Source: Blastocatellia bacterium
GTDB taxonomy: Bacteria > Acidobacteriota > Blastocatellia > UBA7656
Length of the DNA: 64,000 nt
Assembly (NCBI GenBank): GCA_963765495.1
Contig: CAVXWP010000008.1
Coordinates: forward strand, 448,001-512,000
Direction of reading: 5' to 3'
Position numbers and translations under genes: made by a program. Below are positions 29,273-38,994 of the stretch, one piece after another. Below the pieces are notes generated by a model. It saw nothing but the letters and a program-made list of their open reading frames with translations. It searched no databases and was not told the DNA's origin. Within the stretch, counting starts at the first letter, position 1, and every line of letters begins with the position of its first letter.

Positions 29273-29684
29273 AATCCTGCACGGCCTCCTCACAAAGCTT
29301 TTGCATCCTAATGCGTGGATGAATAAGTGTCAAGAGCGAATAAATTTCATCCTTCTAAAACAAGCGATTGGCGGAGGATGTGGCTTTCTCGATTCGGAAG
29401 GAGGTATGATGCCCTGTCGATTCAGGACTATTACGAAGCAGATTCACATAGAGAAAAGATTCTGCCGCGCGCGAATACGTGAGCCTTGATGGACAGACAA
29501 TAGTTCTGGTTTTAAGGAAAGTCTCCGCTCCCTGCTACTGGACCTCAGCTAGCTTGCAACAACACTGCGACTATGGAGTGTATGGTAGACTTTCTCTCAC
29601 TATTATGATTTAATTTCCGCTCGGCAAACCTGAGGCATGGCGTCTCCAGACTGATGCAATTGACGGCTTGAAAAGGGGAACAAA

Positions 29685-30161
29685 ATGGAGATCGAGATGA
29701 AGATCCGGGGCCTGATGATGGATCCGGCGGCAAATACACCTATTATTATACTTAAAGACGTAAATGGAGATGCTATGCTGCCGATCTGGGTAGGTGCTTT
29801 CGAAGCGAATGCTATTGCCGTTGAAATAGAGAAGATGGCGACGCAACGCCCAATGACACATGATCTTGTGAAGAACATTATTTGGGAGCTTGGCGCAACA
29901 GTCAGGCGTATAGTCATAACTGACTTGATAGACAATACATTTTTCGCGGTAATTGAAATGGTTAGAGAGGGTGAGGTAATGATGGTGGACGCGAGGCCAA
30001 GCGATGCTATCGCGCTTGCTTTACGAGTAGATTGTCCGATTTATGTAAATCAAGAGGTGGTTAAAAATTCAAGCACATCGATAACCGAAGAGCCCGTACC
30101 AGCAGATGACGAAGACTGGCCTGATGACTTGCTGGATGATGCGAGCGATTACAAGATGTAA
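29685..30161 (+). CDS. Bifunctional nuclease family protein (DUF151)
   Basis: LPIWVG.FEA.AI, RPMTHDL, DARPSDAIALALR. Confidence 0.95.
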   Translation: MEIEMKIRGLMMDPAANTPIIILKDVNGDAMLPIWVGAFEANAIAVEIEKMATQRPMTHDLVKNIIWELGATVRRIVITDLIDNTFFAVIEMVREGEVMMVDARPSDAIALALRVDCPIYVNQEVVKNSSTSITEEPVPADDEDWPDDLLDDASDYKM

Positions 30162-30371
30162 CGATTCAATTCTCCAGCCCTCTCATTTTAGAATGTCTTC
30201 AGCATCGGAATTTTGGATCATGATCTTATTAATATTGCCAATCAATATGGCCAAACGGAATCGGTGTACTTTTTTCGAAATGATTATGATAAAATCCCAC
30301 GAGTCACCAGCCCAGGATGGTCGGATTAGACGAATGATTCAACCAATGAGGTGGACTCGAAAGGAGAAGGT

Positions 30372-30809
30372 ATGAGTAGTTTCAATAAGATAATTATAGT
30401 TGGCCATTTGGGACGAGATCCTGAGTTGAGATATACACCCCAGGGTACGGCCGTGTGCAATTTTTCCGTAGCGACGAGCGAACGGAGAAAGGACAAAACG
30501 GGGGAGTATCAGGATGTTACTACTTGGTTTAATGTCAGTCTGTGGGGCAACAGGGCTGAGCAGGTAAGCCCTTATCTAAGCAAAGGGAAGCTTGTCTTTA
30601 TTGAAGGCAGGCTGACAACGCGGGAATATCAGGATAAGGAAGGAAATACACGTACAAGCCTTGATGTTAACGCTACGGATTTGCAATTTGTCGGGCCAAG
30701 GTCAGACGACTCTACCTCGGTAAGAGAAGAGAGACCGGCTAGAACTGAAAGCCGCGTCACTCACGATGATAATGCCGATTCAATTAGCGATGATGATATT
30801 CCGTTCTAG
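30372..30809 (+). CDS. ssb: Single-stranded DNA-binding protein
   Basis: NK.I.VG.LGRDPELRYT and C-terminal DDDIPF. RBS AAGGAG. Confidence 0.97.
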   Translation: MSSFNKIIIVGHLGRDPELRYTPQGTAVCNFSVATSERRKDKTGEYQDVTTWFNVSLWGNRAEQVSPYLSKGKLVFIEGRLTTREYQDKEGNTRTSLDVNATDLQFVGPRSDDSTSVREERPARTESRVTHDDNADSISDDDIPF

Positions 30810-30836
30810 ATGTTGGAGCTTTTGCTTGCTGGAGTA

Positions 30837-32264
30837 TCACTCAGAGACAAATTTTTTTGTCAAATTGAGTTCCTTGATCTTATGTTGCAAGCTCTGCCGG
30901 TGCATTCCAAGCAACGCGGCAGCCTGAGTGATATTCCCCGCCGTTTGTTCAAGACAATTCTCTATATACTTTCTTTCAAATTCCTTCTTTGCCTCTCGGA
31001 AATCTAGAGAGGAGGGAACACTTATCCCCCCATGATCCTCTTTTACTATCTTTATTTGCTTGCTTTTAGATGTCATTTCATCAGGTAAAACGTCCAAAGT
31101 AATTTCTTTATCATCTGAAAGAACGACAGCCCTTTCAATGGCATTTCTTAACTGTCTGACATTTCCAGGCCATTCATATTCAAGCATTACTTTAAGAACA
31201 AGCTTAGTTAATGTTAAAGATTCCCGTCTATATGCGAGTGAGTAACGCTCACAAAATGATTGTGCCAGCACAGGTATATCGGATTTCCTTTCTCGGAGAG
31301 GCGGGAGTTCGATTGTGACTACACAAAGCCTATAATAGAGGTCCTCCCTAAAATTCTGCTGTTCAACCTCTTTTTGCAGATCTTTATTCGTCGCACTAAT
31401 TATTCTGACATCGCTCGTAATAGTCTGGTTACTACCCAATCTTTGGAAACTCTTCTCTTCAATTACCCGGAGTAGTTTCGCTTGGGTAGACAGACTCATG
31501 TCCCCTATTTCATCAAGGAATAAGGTGCCTCCATCTGCGGCCTCAAATTTTCCAATTCTCTTCCCCGTAGCTCCCGTAAAAGCACCTTTTTCATGACCGA
31601 ACAGTTCTGATTCAATCAGGTCCGACGGCATCGCGGCGCAATTTACGGCTATAAATGCTCCTTTTCGCGACCTGCCGCGAGTATGAATCTCTCGGGCTAC
31701 AATTTCTTTTCCTGTTCCAGATTCTCCTGTAATCAGTACGCTGACATCAGTCTGAGCCACTTTCTCTATCATTGAAAATACCTTTTTGATGGCAGGAGAG
31801 GACCCAATCATTTGCCCATAACTAGCTGTTCCGGTCAATTCATTACGCAATTGTTCATTTTCTGTTCTGAGGTGATAGGTCTCCAGTGCGTTCTTTACCT
31901 GTATTCGCAACTCGTCAACATCAAACGGTTTAGCCAGATAGTCATGCGCGCCGCGCTTAATCGCTTCTACGGCAAGGCGTTCTGAGCCATGGGCTGTGAT
32001 AATAATTGCGACTGGCGGATTCCGTCTCGAAATAAGCCGGGGTAAATAATCCAAACCGGATTCTGCCGCAAGTTTTACATCCAACAAGACCACGCCAGGT
32101 TCGTGTCTGTCCACAAGCAAATCTGCAATGGTTGTATTTTCAGCTTCGTAGACCGCAAGTCCCTCTTTCTCTAAGGCTCGCCTGATCCCGTAACGCGCTG
32201 CCGGTTCATCATCAACTACCAGAACATTAGAATTCATATTCAGATTCGACATGAACATCACCAC
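30837..32264 (-). CDS. NtrC-family sigma-54-dependent response regulator
   Basis: REC (VVDDE, LLD, KPF), [22 protein letters not shown], Fis HTH. Exact start uncertain. Confidence 0.95.
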   Translation of the reverse strand: MVMFMSNLNMNSNVLVVDDEPAARYGIRRALEKEGLAVYEAENTTIADLLVDRHEPGVVLLDVKLAAESGLDYLPRLISRRNPPVAIIITAHGSERLAVEAIKRGAHDYLAKPFDVDELRIQVKNALETYHLRTENEQLRNELTGTASYGQMIGSSPAIKKVFSMIEKVAQTDVSVLITGESGTGKEIVAREIHTRGRSRKGAFIAVNCAAMPSDLIESELFGHEKGAFTGATGKRIGKFEAADGGTLFLDEIGDMSLSTQAKLLRVIEEKSFQRLGSNQTITSDVRIISATNKDLQKEVEQQNFREDLYYRLCVVTIELPPLRERKSDIPVLAQSFCERYSLAYRRESLTLTKLVLKVMLEYEWPGNVRQLRNAIERAVVLSDDKEITLDVLPDEMTSKSKQIKIVKEDHGGISVPSSLDFREAKKEFERKYIENCLEQTAGNITQAAALLGMHRQSLQHKIKELNLTKKFVSE

Positions 32265-32349
32265 ATTAATTGTTTTACGGAAAAAAGTTATCAGACCTAT
32301 TTCACAGCCAGGATTAGCAATCGAAAAACCCGAGTTTTATTGATCTACC

Positions 32350-33669
32350 TCACAAATATGCCAACATGACTCTAATATCTCTTAGGTTATTCCCAGCTGG
32401 GCCGGTATTGATGAGACCGCCAAGCGCACGAAAAAATGCATTCGAATCATTTCTTTTCAGAAAATCAGATGCATTGAGACCAATACTCTTCGCCTGAGAA
32501 AAGGTACTCGCGTCAGCAACCGCGCCAGTCGCCGTAGAGTTGCCATCAATTCCATCGGTTCCACAAGATAAGATGGCAAAGCGTGCTAAATCTTGCTTCT
32601 CGTGAAGATACAACGCGGAGTATAGCACAAATTCCTGGTTACGCCCTCCTGCCCCAGAACCTGAAACCGGACAGATAACCTCACCACCTGAAAGCAAACA
32701 CGCAGGTTTTCCCCGCTCACCATTTGCAAGCGTAAGCAGCCTGTTTATTAATCCCTCCGCAACAGCCTTATACTTGAATTCAAAGGGCGTTTCAATTACT
32801 TCGGTATTAAAGCCACGATGGATTGCTTCGATTGCGGCAATTCGCAAAACATCCTGGTTGTCGCCTAAAAGCAAATGTGTCGAAGGCTGATTACTATCCG
32901 TAAAATCAGGCGGAAACGCTATACCCTTTTCTTCAGCAAAATAGTTTGCGACCGAGGGGGGAATCTTTCCCCTGAGATCGTACTTTTCTATGATAAACTC
33001 CTGCTCCGCAGGCTCCACCGATTCGGGCAATAGTGGATTCGATGCTATTGATCTAATATCATCCGGATTTACATCTGAGAAATACAAGGCTATGACCCTG
33101 GCATTCCTTGCCTGATATCCCAGCCTCCCCCCCTTTATCGCAGAAATTCGCTTTCGGATGAGGTTGATTTCTTTTATTGGCGCGCCGCAACCAACAAGTA
33201 TTTTGTTTAATTGTCTATAATCATCCAGGGTAATCCGAGGAGAGACGGGCCACTCTACCAGTGAAGACCCTCCACCTGAGATCAAGAATAATAGCAAGGT
33301 GCGATGATTAATGGTGTTGACTGTCTCAAGTATCTTACGACCTGCTTCGAGACTACTTTCGTTTGGAAGGGGATGTCCCCCTACTATGACCTCAGACTTC
33401 AGGTCGATGTTATGTCGTCTATCAGTTACAAGAATGCCACGACTCAATCTCTCCCCCAACAAAGACTCAACGGACGATCCCATCTTTAGGCTTGCTTTCC
33501 CAAAGCCGATTAAAACAATTTCCTCGTATTCAGAAAGATCAATATATTCATTATTTACAGACAGTATCTCGCCTTTAAGTTTAAGTTTCTTATTAATAAT
33601 CGTTGTGGGGTCAACGCTATCGAGCGTACTTAGATAAATTTGGGTTGCTTGTTCTTTAAGATCAAACAT
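32350..33669 (-). CDS. Glycerate kinase type 2 (DUF4147/MOFRL)
   Basis: GFGKA, GGHP.P, LISGGGS, KGGRL, GGE, GGRNQE, TDGIDG, TG..GNN..D. Confidence 0.92.
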   Translation of the reverse strand: MFDLKEQATQIYLSTLDSVDPTTIINKKLKLKGEILSVNNEYIDLSEYEEIVLIGFGKASLKMGSSVESLLGERLSRGILVTDRRHNIDLKSEVIVGGHPLPNESSLEAGRKILETVNTINHRTLLLFLISGGGSSLVEWPVSPRITLDDYRQLNKILVGCGAPIKEINLIRKRISAIKGGRLGYQARNARVIALYFSDVNPDDIRSIASNPLLPESVEPAEQEFIIEKYDLRGKIPPSVANYFAEEKGIAFPPDFTDSNQPSTHLLLGDNQDVLRIAAIEAIHRGFNTEVIETPFEFKYKAVAEGLINRLLTLANGERGKPACLLSGGEVICPVSGSGAGGRNQEFVLYSALYLHEKQDLARFAILSCGTDGIDGNSTATGAVADASTFSQAKSIGLNASDFLKRNDSNAFFRALGGLINTGPAGNNLRDIRVMLAYL

Positions 33670-33732
33670 ACAGCCTGTCGCCTGCTTGAAGGAAGCCGTT
33701 ATTTTCCAGGTATTAGCCAGACAAAACAAGCG

Positions 33733-34545
33733 TCAAAGGTTCGGCATAAGCCACAAGGGTATCCCGATTGCCCCCTGACTTAGGATGCGGGTTTGACCAA
33801 GTCCAGTAAGTGGACTGAGTAGTTTTTGTATAAACCCTTTTCTCGGCTGAATCAACAAAATGTCAGGTTTGCCGGTAATACCTGCCAGTGATGCTGCGCG
33901 CATACAGGCGTCTTCAAGATCACCTAAAGTATCTATCAAACCACATTTGAGAGCTTGTCGTCCTGTCAGAATTCTTCCGTCGGCAATTTGCCTGACTTTA
34001 TCTTCAGAGATACTCCTTGAGGCAGCGACAATCTCAACAAACTGGTCGTGGGAGTCATTGATTACCCCCTGCAAGAGTTCTTCCTCATCACTCGAAAATG
34101 ATCTGTACGTTGCTAACATATCTTTATGAGGGCCAGATTTGACGACCTTCGGAGAAATGCCCACCTTTTCGTAGAGAAGGCTGAGATTGTTTGATTTTAT
34201 TATTACACCGATTGAACCAGTCACAGTTCCCGGATTTGCAAAGATACAATCGGCGGCCATCGAGAGATAAACTCCTCCTGAGGCCGCGACATCTCCCATG
34301 GAAGCCACAACGGGCATCCCCTTCTCTTTCAGCCGTTTGATGGATGCAAATATCTCCTGACAGGCAGCAACACTCCCACCCGGAGTGTTTAATCGCAAGA
34401 TGATACTTCGAGCATTTTTCCGTTCCGCTTCCTTCAGAGCAGAAATTATTTTGCTGCGGCTTGCCCCATATGTATCCCCATCTGCGATGATTCCTTCAAT
34501 CTTTATGATCGCGACTCTCTTCTTTTGTTTGCCAAAGAATCTCAT
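33733..34545 (-). CDS. sppA: Signal peptide peptidase SppA (S49)
   Basis: NTPGG, SMGDVAASGG.Y, GSIGV, K.G..KD, ADGR..TG.QA. Confidence 0.94.
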   Translation of the reverse strand: MRFFGKQKKRVAIIKIEGIIADGDTYGASRSKIISALKEAERKNARSIILRLNTPGGSVAACQEIFASIKRLKEKGMPVVASMGDVAASGGVYLSMAADCIFANPGTVTGSIGVIIKSNNLSLLYEKVGISPKVVKSGPHKDMLATYRSFSSDEEELLQGVINDSHDQFVEIVAASRSISEDKVRQIADGRILTGRQALKCGLIDTLGDLEDACMRAASLAGITGKPDILLIQPRKGFIQKLLSPLTGLGQTRILSQGAIGIPLWLMPNL

Positions 34546-35030
34546 AGATTTGGAACGGTCTGACTGGCAGCATATACTCTAGCCAGGATTTCCTCCAGTG
34601 TTGCCTCATCAGCCTCACCACGGGCAGCAATCTGTCTCGCTCCCCTATCGCATTCATTCTGTAGCAGATGGTTGCTGTGTCCTCGCGTCCACGACCATTT
34701 GATTTTATGAGGACTCGATGCCCGGCTTAATCTCGACCAGAAATCATGATTTGACTTCTGCCTGAAATTTCCATTTTGAGTCTCAACTACATATTTCGAG
34801 TCTGTTATCACTTCAACGTCACAGGGAACTTTAAGAGCTTCAAGCCCGATTGCCGCCGCTACTATCTCGGCCTGATTATTGGTGGCAAAGCCCAGATATT
34901 CACCGACGACCTTATGACTGGCTTTCCCTTCTACACCAACATAGGTGAGTATCCCCACCGCGCCTGCACGAGCCTCTTTACCGCCATTTCCCAGTGAACT
35001 CCCATCGCATACAATAGTGACTTTCTTCAT
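34542..35030 (-). CDS. rnhA: Ribonuclease HI
   Basis: DGS..GN, TNNQAE, TDSKYV, W..GH, NE.D..A. Confidence 0.93.
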   Translation of the reverse strand: MKKVTIVCDGSSLGNGGKEARAGAVGILTYVGVEGKASHKVVGEYLGFATNNQAEIVAAAIGLEALKVPCDVEVITDSKYVVETQNGNFRQKSNHDFWSRLSRASSPHKIKWSWTRGHSNHLLQNECDRGARQIAARGEADEATLEEILARVYAASQTVPNL

Positions 35031-35189
35031 TTCAGGGACATTATATTTGATTGATAACTTTAAAGGAAGAGAGGTAATGGGGCTAATGTTGATTCTTAAA
35101 TCGATGGAAGAAATATTAAGAAGGGCATAGCTTATAAGGGTTTTACTCGTACAAGTTATGCCCCCGCTCTTCTGACGTTCGAGTTAATT

Positions 35190-37178
35190 CTAAAGATCGA
35201 GATCAGATGAACTGATCCTAAAGTTTTGCATTAACCTTAATATATCCTGGCGTATAGCGTCCCATCTACTTCCGAGGCTATCGGCGGTGCGGGTTGTAGT
35301 AGTCGTGAATACAGCGTCTGTGCGTCTCGCCTGTCGAGCAAGAGCAAGAGCGGCTCCCCGCTTCCCTTCTGAATCCGACAGTGAGGTGAGCAGTCTGGAA
35401 TATAACTGAGCCGCGTTTGCAAAACTGTCAATGGCAAAAAGCAGTTCTATTTCCGGCTCTCCATACCTGCCGCGTCCATTTAGTTCCACCCCCGTCCCAG
35501 TCATTTTAACGCCAAGTATCCTCTGGTATTCCGCCAGTAATTCTTCGGCCTGTCTCTGTAGACTCACCCCCGTCGATGCCGTCTGTATAGCTCCTGTCTG
35601 TACAGTTCCCATCTGAGTTGTCCCTGTCTGGACATTCCCCAGAGGTATTGATACATCTCCCCCGGCTCCGTGAACTATAACCTGATGAACATAATCCACT
35701 TTGTCTTTCACGTTTAGCTCTATTTGCCCTCGGGTCAACACTTGCGTAGCGATCCCGTCGGGCTGAACAGCTCTGGCATAAACTTCAAGGGTATCTCCAT
35801 TGACAACGTGTTCGCCGTACCATCGCCAGCCTCCGGTATTCGCCTGGGTCGCAATTACAATCCTGATCCCTCCCCCTGGTAAACGATTGGCATTGGCGGA
35901 AATGACATTTGCTAAGACTACTACTGGCTTTGAGGAAGCCTCGGGCTTACGACTATTTGAAACCGGCTCCGGTCGCCTTGTGACAGGGGGGGCTGTTCCC
36001 AACATCCCGAGACTCTTTGCCGTTCCCGGATCGAGGTCCCCTGTTTCCGGCAATTTGTTTTCGCGCTGATAAACCTTAAGAGCATTTGAAGTTCGGGGAC
36101 TCATCTGTCCATCAATAGGGCCTTCATAATATCCGCGATCCCGCAAAGCGCCCTGTGCCCGTCGGACCATTTCCGGCGAAGAGAGCGGAAGGTTTGAGGT
36201 ATCCGGGGCCGGTTCAGGTTCACTGCTCGCGTTATCTTCAACACTCGAGTCCGGCTGATTTGTTCCATCATCCGGGAACCGATCATCGGTATTCGGCTGG
36301 TCTGGGTCCGGGTCTGGTTGTCTTCGATCTGGCACTGGAGTGGGGTATGTCCTTTCAGGTTGACGATCTCTTCGATAACCACCGTTATCTCGGTCTGCAT
36401 CCCGACCTGGAACCGGACCAGGGTCATTACTACCTACCCCTTGATCCGGGTAAGGATCATTTCTGTCATCACGGCCAAAACCTGTTTCGGAGACGTTTCC
36501 ATCACTTATTTCTAGAGGCTGTCTTAAATTGATGCCGAATGGAGTCCCCTGCGGCACTTCGGCTTCTTCCCCCTTCGAGAGAAGTACTCCGGCAATACCT
36601 GCTCCTGCCCCGGCTATGCCTCCAAGAACGGCCCCCTTGCTACCGCCTGCTATTCCACCAAGCACGGCACCGATAGCGCCTCCACCACCAACAAAAACGA
36701 CATTACGCTTGTCGGCATCTCCTGATACTCTCCCTTCATCATCAATCTGGTCCCTCATCTCAGGATCATCCGAAGTCAGGGAACCGACAAGAGCGACGCG
36801 AGACCCGTTGGGGAAAATAAGCGTGTCAAAATCAATTGCAATCGAGCCGGACTTGCTCATGCGCTTCGCGGGCGTTACCTGTGTGACACGTCCCTCAACT
36901 TTCGACCCGGCTGGAATTGCGGTCCTGCCATTGACATAAACAGGGATTGTCACTGTGGCTGTAAATCTATCGCCAACGTGGGAACTTCTCGACCCCAGAT
37001 AGCTATCCATCCTCATACTTATCACTGTATCAGAAGGGATAGTCATGCTTCGGCCGCTATACTGGCGTGAGCCATTACGTGGGCGGGAATTTTGCGCGCT
37101 GGCCGATAGCCCGAGGGGGGATGTCAGGATGAACATTAACAAACATAAAATTAGTAGCCTCAGATGCTTAGATAACAT
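35190..37178 (-). CDS. Exported multidomain peptidoglycan-binding protein
   Basis: Signal peptide, TrbI/VirB10-like beta domain with glycine zipper, D/P/R-rich linker, PG_binding_1 (AQ.AL...GYY.GPIDG...T..AL..YQ...L..TG.LD). Start 37178 has RBS GGAGG; alternative is 37274. Confidence 0.85.
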   Translation of the reverse strand: MLSKHLRLLILCLLMFILTSPLGLSASAQNSRPRNGSRQYSGRSMTIPSDTVISMRMDSYLGSRSSHVGDRFTATVTIPVYVNGRTAIPAGSKVEGRVTQVTPAKRMSKSGSIAIDFDTLIFPNGSRVALVGSLTSDDPEMRDQIDDEGRVSGDADKRNVVFVGGGGAIGAVLGGIAGGSKGAVLGGIAGAGAGIAGVLLSKGEEAEVPQGTPFGINLRQPLEISDGNVSETGFGRDDRNDPYPDQGVGSNDPGPVPGRDADRDNGGYRRDRQPERTYPTPVPDRRQPDPDPDQPNTDDRFPDDGTNQPDSSVEDNASSEPEPAPDTSNLPLSSPEMVRRAQGALRDRGYYEGPIDGQMSPRTSNALKVYQRENKLPETGDLDPGTAKSLGMLGTAPPVTRRPEPVSNSRKPEASSKPVVVLANVISANANRLPGGGIRIVIATQANTGGWRWYGEHVVNGDTLEVYARAVQPDGIATQVLTRGQIELNVKDKVDYVHQVIVHGAGGDVSIPLGNVQTGTTQMGTVQTGAIQTASTGVSLQRQAEELLAEYQRILGVKMTGTGVELNGRGRYGEPEIELLFAIDSFANAAQLYSRLLTSLSDSEGKRGAALALARQARRTDAVFTTTTTRTADSLGSRWDAIRQDILRLMQNFRISSSDLDL

Positions 37179-37270
37179 GAGATTTACCTCCATCACAAGA
37201 AAACAGGTTGACCGGGAGATGATACACAGATGTTCTGACGCTCCTGACTCGCTCTTTTGTTGTCCGGTTG

Positions 37271-38992
37271 TCATAAATCAATTGGCAATCTCACCTGCAC
37301 CGTAGTCCCCTCACCGGGGTTGCTCTTTATAACCAGATCCCCCCGATGCATCTCAGCGATCTTCTTTGAGATCGCCATGCCCAGCCCTGTCCCCTTTTGC
37401 TTTGTTGTGTAAAAAGGTTCGAACAGCCGCCTGAGCGTTTCCGGGTCCATCCCGGTCCCGTGATCTATTACATCAACTCTTATCGAGTTCCCTTCCTCAG
37501 ACATTGTCTTCACCTCGATCTTACTTCCTTCATTACTGGCATCGATAGCATTTATTATCAGATTCAAAAATAGTTTTCTCAATTCGGTGGCGTCATAAAG
37601 ACCGTCTTGAATATCCGGGCGGAATTCCTTTTCGATCACAATTCCCTTGGCGTTCAACCGGTCAGCAAGCATAGGCATCATATCTTCGAGCAGGCGATTT
37701 ACGTTTACCTCAGACCTGTGCATCTGTTTTGGCCTTGCAAACTCCGATAGCTCCGAAACAATTTCAGTCAGATGATTGACGCTCCGTTCAATAACTTCAA
37801 TCGTTTCACCGATCTCGTTTCCATTTAAAGATATTTTACGTTTGAGGACCTCGGTGGCAAACTTGATGCTTCCAAGCGGGTTTTTCACCTCGTGCGCGAT
37901 TTGCGCGGTCATCTGCCCGACTGCCGTCAACGCGCGATTTCGTCGGAGTTCTTCCTGCGCCTGTTCAGCCGATGTAATGTCAACAAAGACCAGGATCAGC
38001 CCTCTTGACTCTTCACTGATCATCAAAGGCGATGAAGAGACATCAAAGAGTAACCCTCCTATCACTGCCCTACCAAGATAGCGGCTGAATTGTGGTTTCT
38101 CCTCAAGATCTGCGGCGATTTGCTCATTCCAGGAGTTTTTCTCCTTGAACAATCTTGTATAGCTCTGGCCAACCAGATCGGCAGAATCTATCCCGGGCAC
38201 ACTTCGAAACGATGCGCTTACAACCTCAATTCTGCCGTCTTGCCCCACCACTACAACTCCAGAGATCAAACTATCAAAGAGAGATTGAAGATAATCTCTG
38301 GCCTCTGAACTCTGTTTATAAGCAACTCCAAGATTATTGAGAGTCCGTCGAATTTCATAAAATGTTAAGGCAGCAATTACACCACCCACTATTAGAATGG
38401 CAATTGTCGCGAGCCGTATCTTTTTGCGCGCATTGTGACTTAAAAGCTCCGACCTTTCATCATTAAGCTGACGTTCGGTTGAGACAAGTGTTTCAAGATT
38501 CTTCATCGCCTGGATCAATCCCAGTCGCGCATTCACCCATATATCCGAGCGGTCGCCTGAGACACCATCCCAATATTCAGAGAATGAGGCTAAAAGGTCT
38601 TTCCATTCCTGAGTTTCAGAGAGGCTCGACTTTGATGCGGATTCGAACTGGGAATCGAGGTCCCGTTTCAAGTCTTTCAACCGTCGGTTCTGCACCCCGC
38701 CCAAAAGGCTCTTGTCGCCTTTTGCAAGCGGCTCGCGGGCTTCCGTCATAATCAAACGAATGATTTCGTTGGTTTCCAGAACGAGAATTCTATGGTTAGC
38801 CTCTACCTGATGAAATTCAGAGATATCTTCTTCTACAGTAAGGAGCGCGTGCTGGCTCCAAAACCCCAGCCCTCCAATCAGAATTAGCAAGAATACAAAC
38901 CCTACAAGCAAGACATTTCTGACAAGCGATTCTGCCTTGATCGGTATTATGCGTGAGCTGAGGTTTAGCTTATCCAAGTATTGTTTGGGCAT
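37271..38992 (-). CDS. Membrane sensor histidine kinase (4HB sensor, PAS, HisKA, HATPase)
   Basis: Two TM helices, AHEVKNPL, NLIINAIDA, DHGTGM, FEPFYTTK, GTGLG. Confidence 0.94.
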   Translation of the reverse strand: MPKQYLDKLNLSSRIIPIKAESLVRNVLLVGFVFLLILIGGLGFWSQHALLTVEEDISEFHQVEANHRILVLETNEIIRLIMTEAREPLAKGDKSLLGGVQNRRLKDLKRDLDSQFESASKSSLSETQEWKDLLASFSEYWDGVSGDRSDIWVNARLGLIQAMKNLETLVSTERQLNDERSELLSHNARKKIRLATIAILIVGGVIAALTFYEIRRTLNNLGVAYKQSSEARDYLQSLFDSLISGVVVVGQDGRIEVVSASFRSVPGIDSADLVGQSYTRLFKEKNSWNEQIAADLEEKPQFSRYLGRAVIGGLLFDVSSSPLMISEESRGLILVFVDITSAEQAQEELRRNRALTAVGQMTAQIAHEVKNPLGSIKFATEVLKRKISLNGNEIGETIEVIERSVNHLTEIVSELSEFARPKQMHRSEVNVNRLLEDMMPMLADRLNAKGIVIEKEFRPDIQDGLYDATELRKLFLNLIINAIDASNEGSKIEVKTMSEEGNSIRVDVIDHGTGMDPETLRRLFEPFYTTKQKGTGLGMAISKKIAEMHRGDLVIKSNPGEGTTVQVRLPIDL

Positions 38993-38994
38993 AT

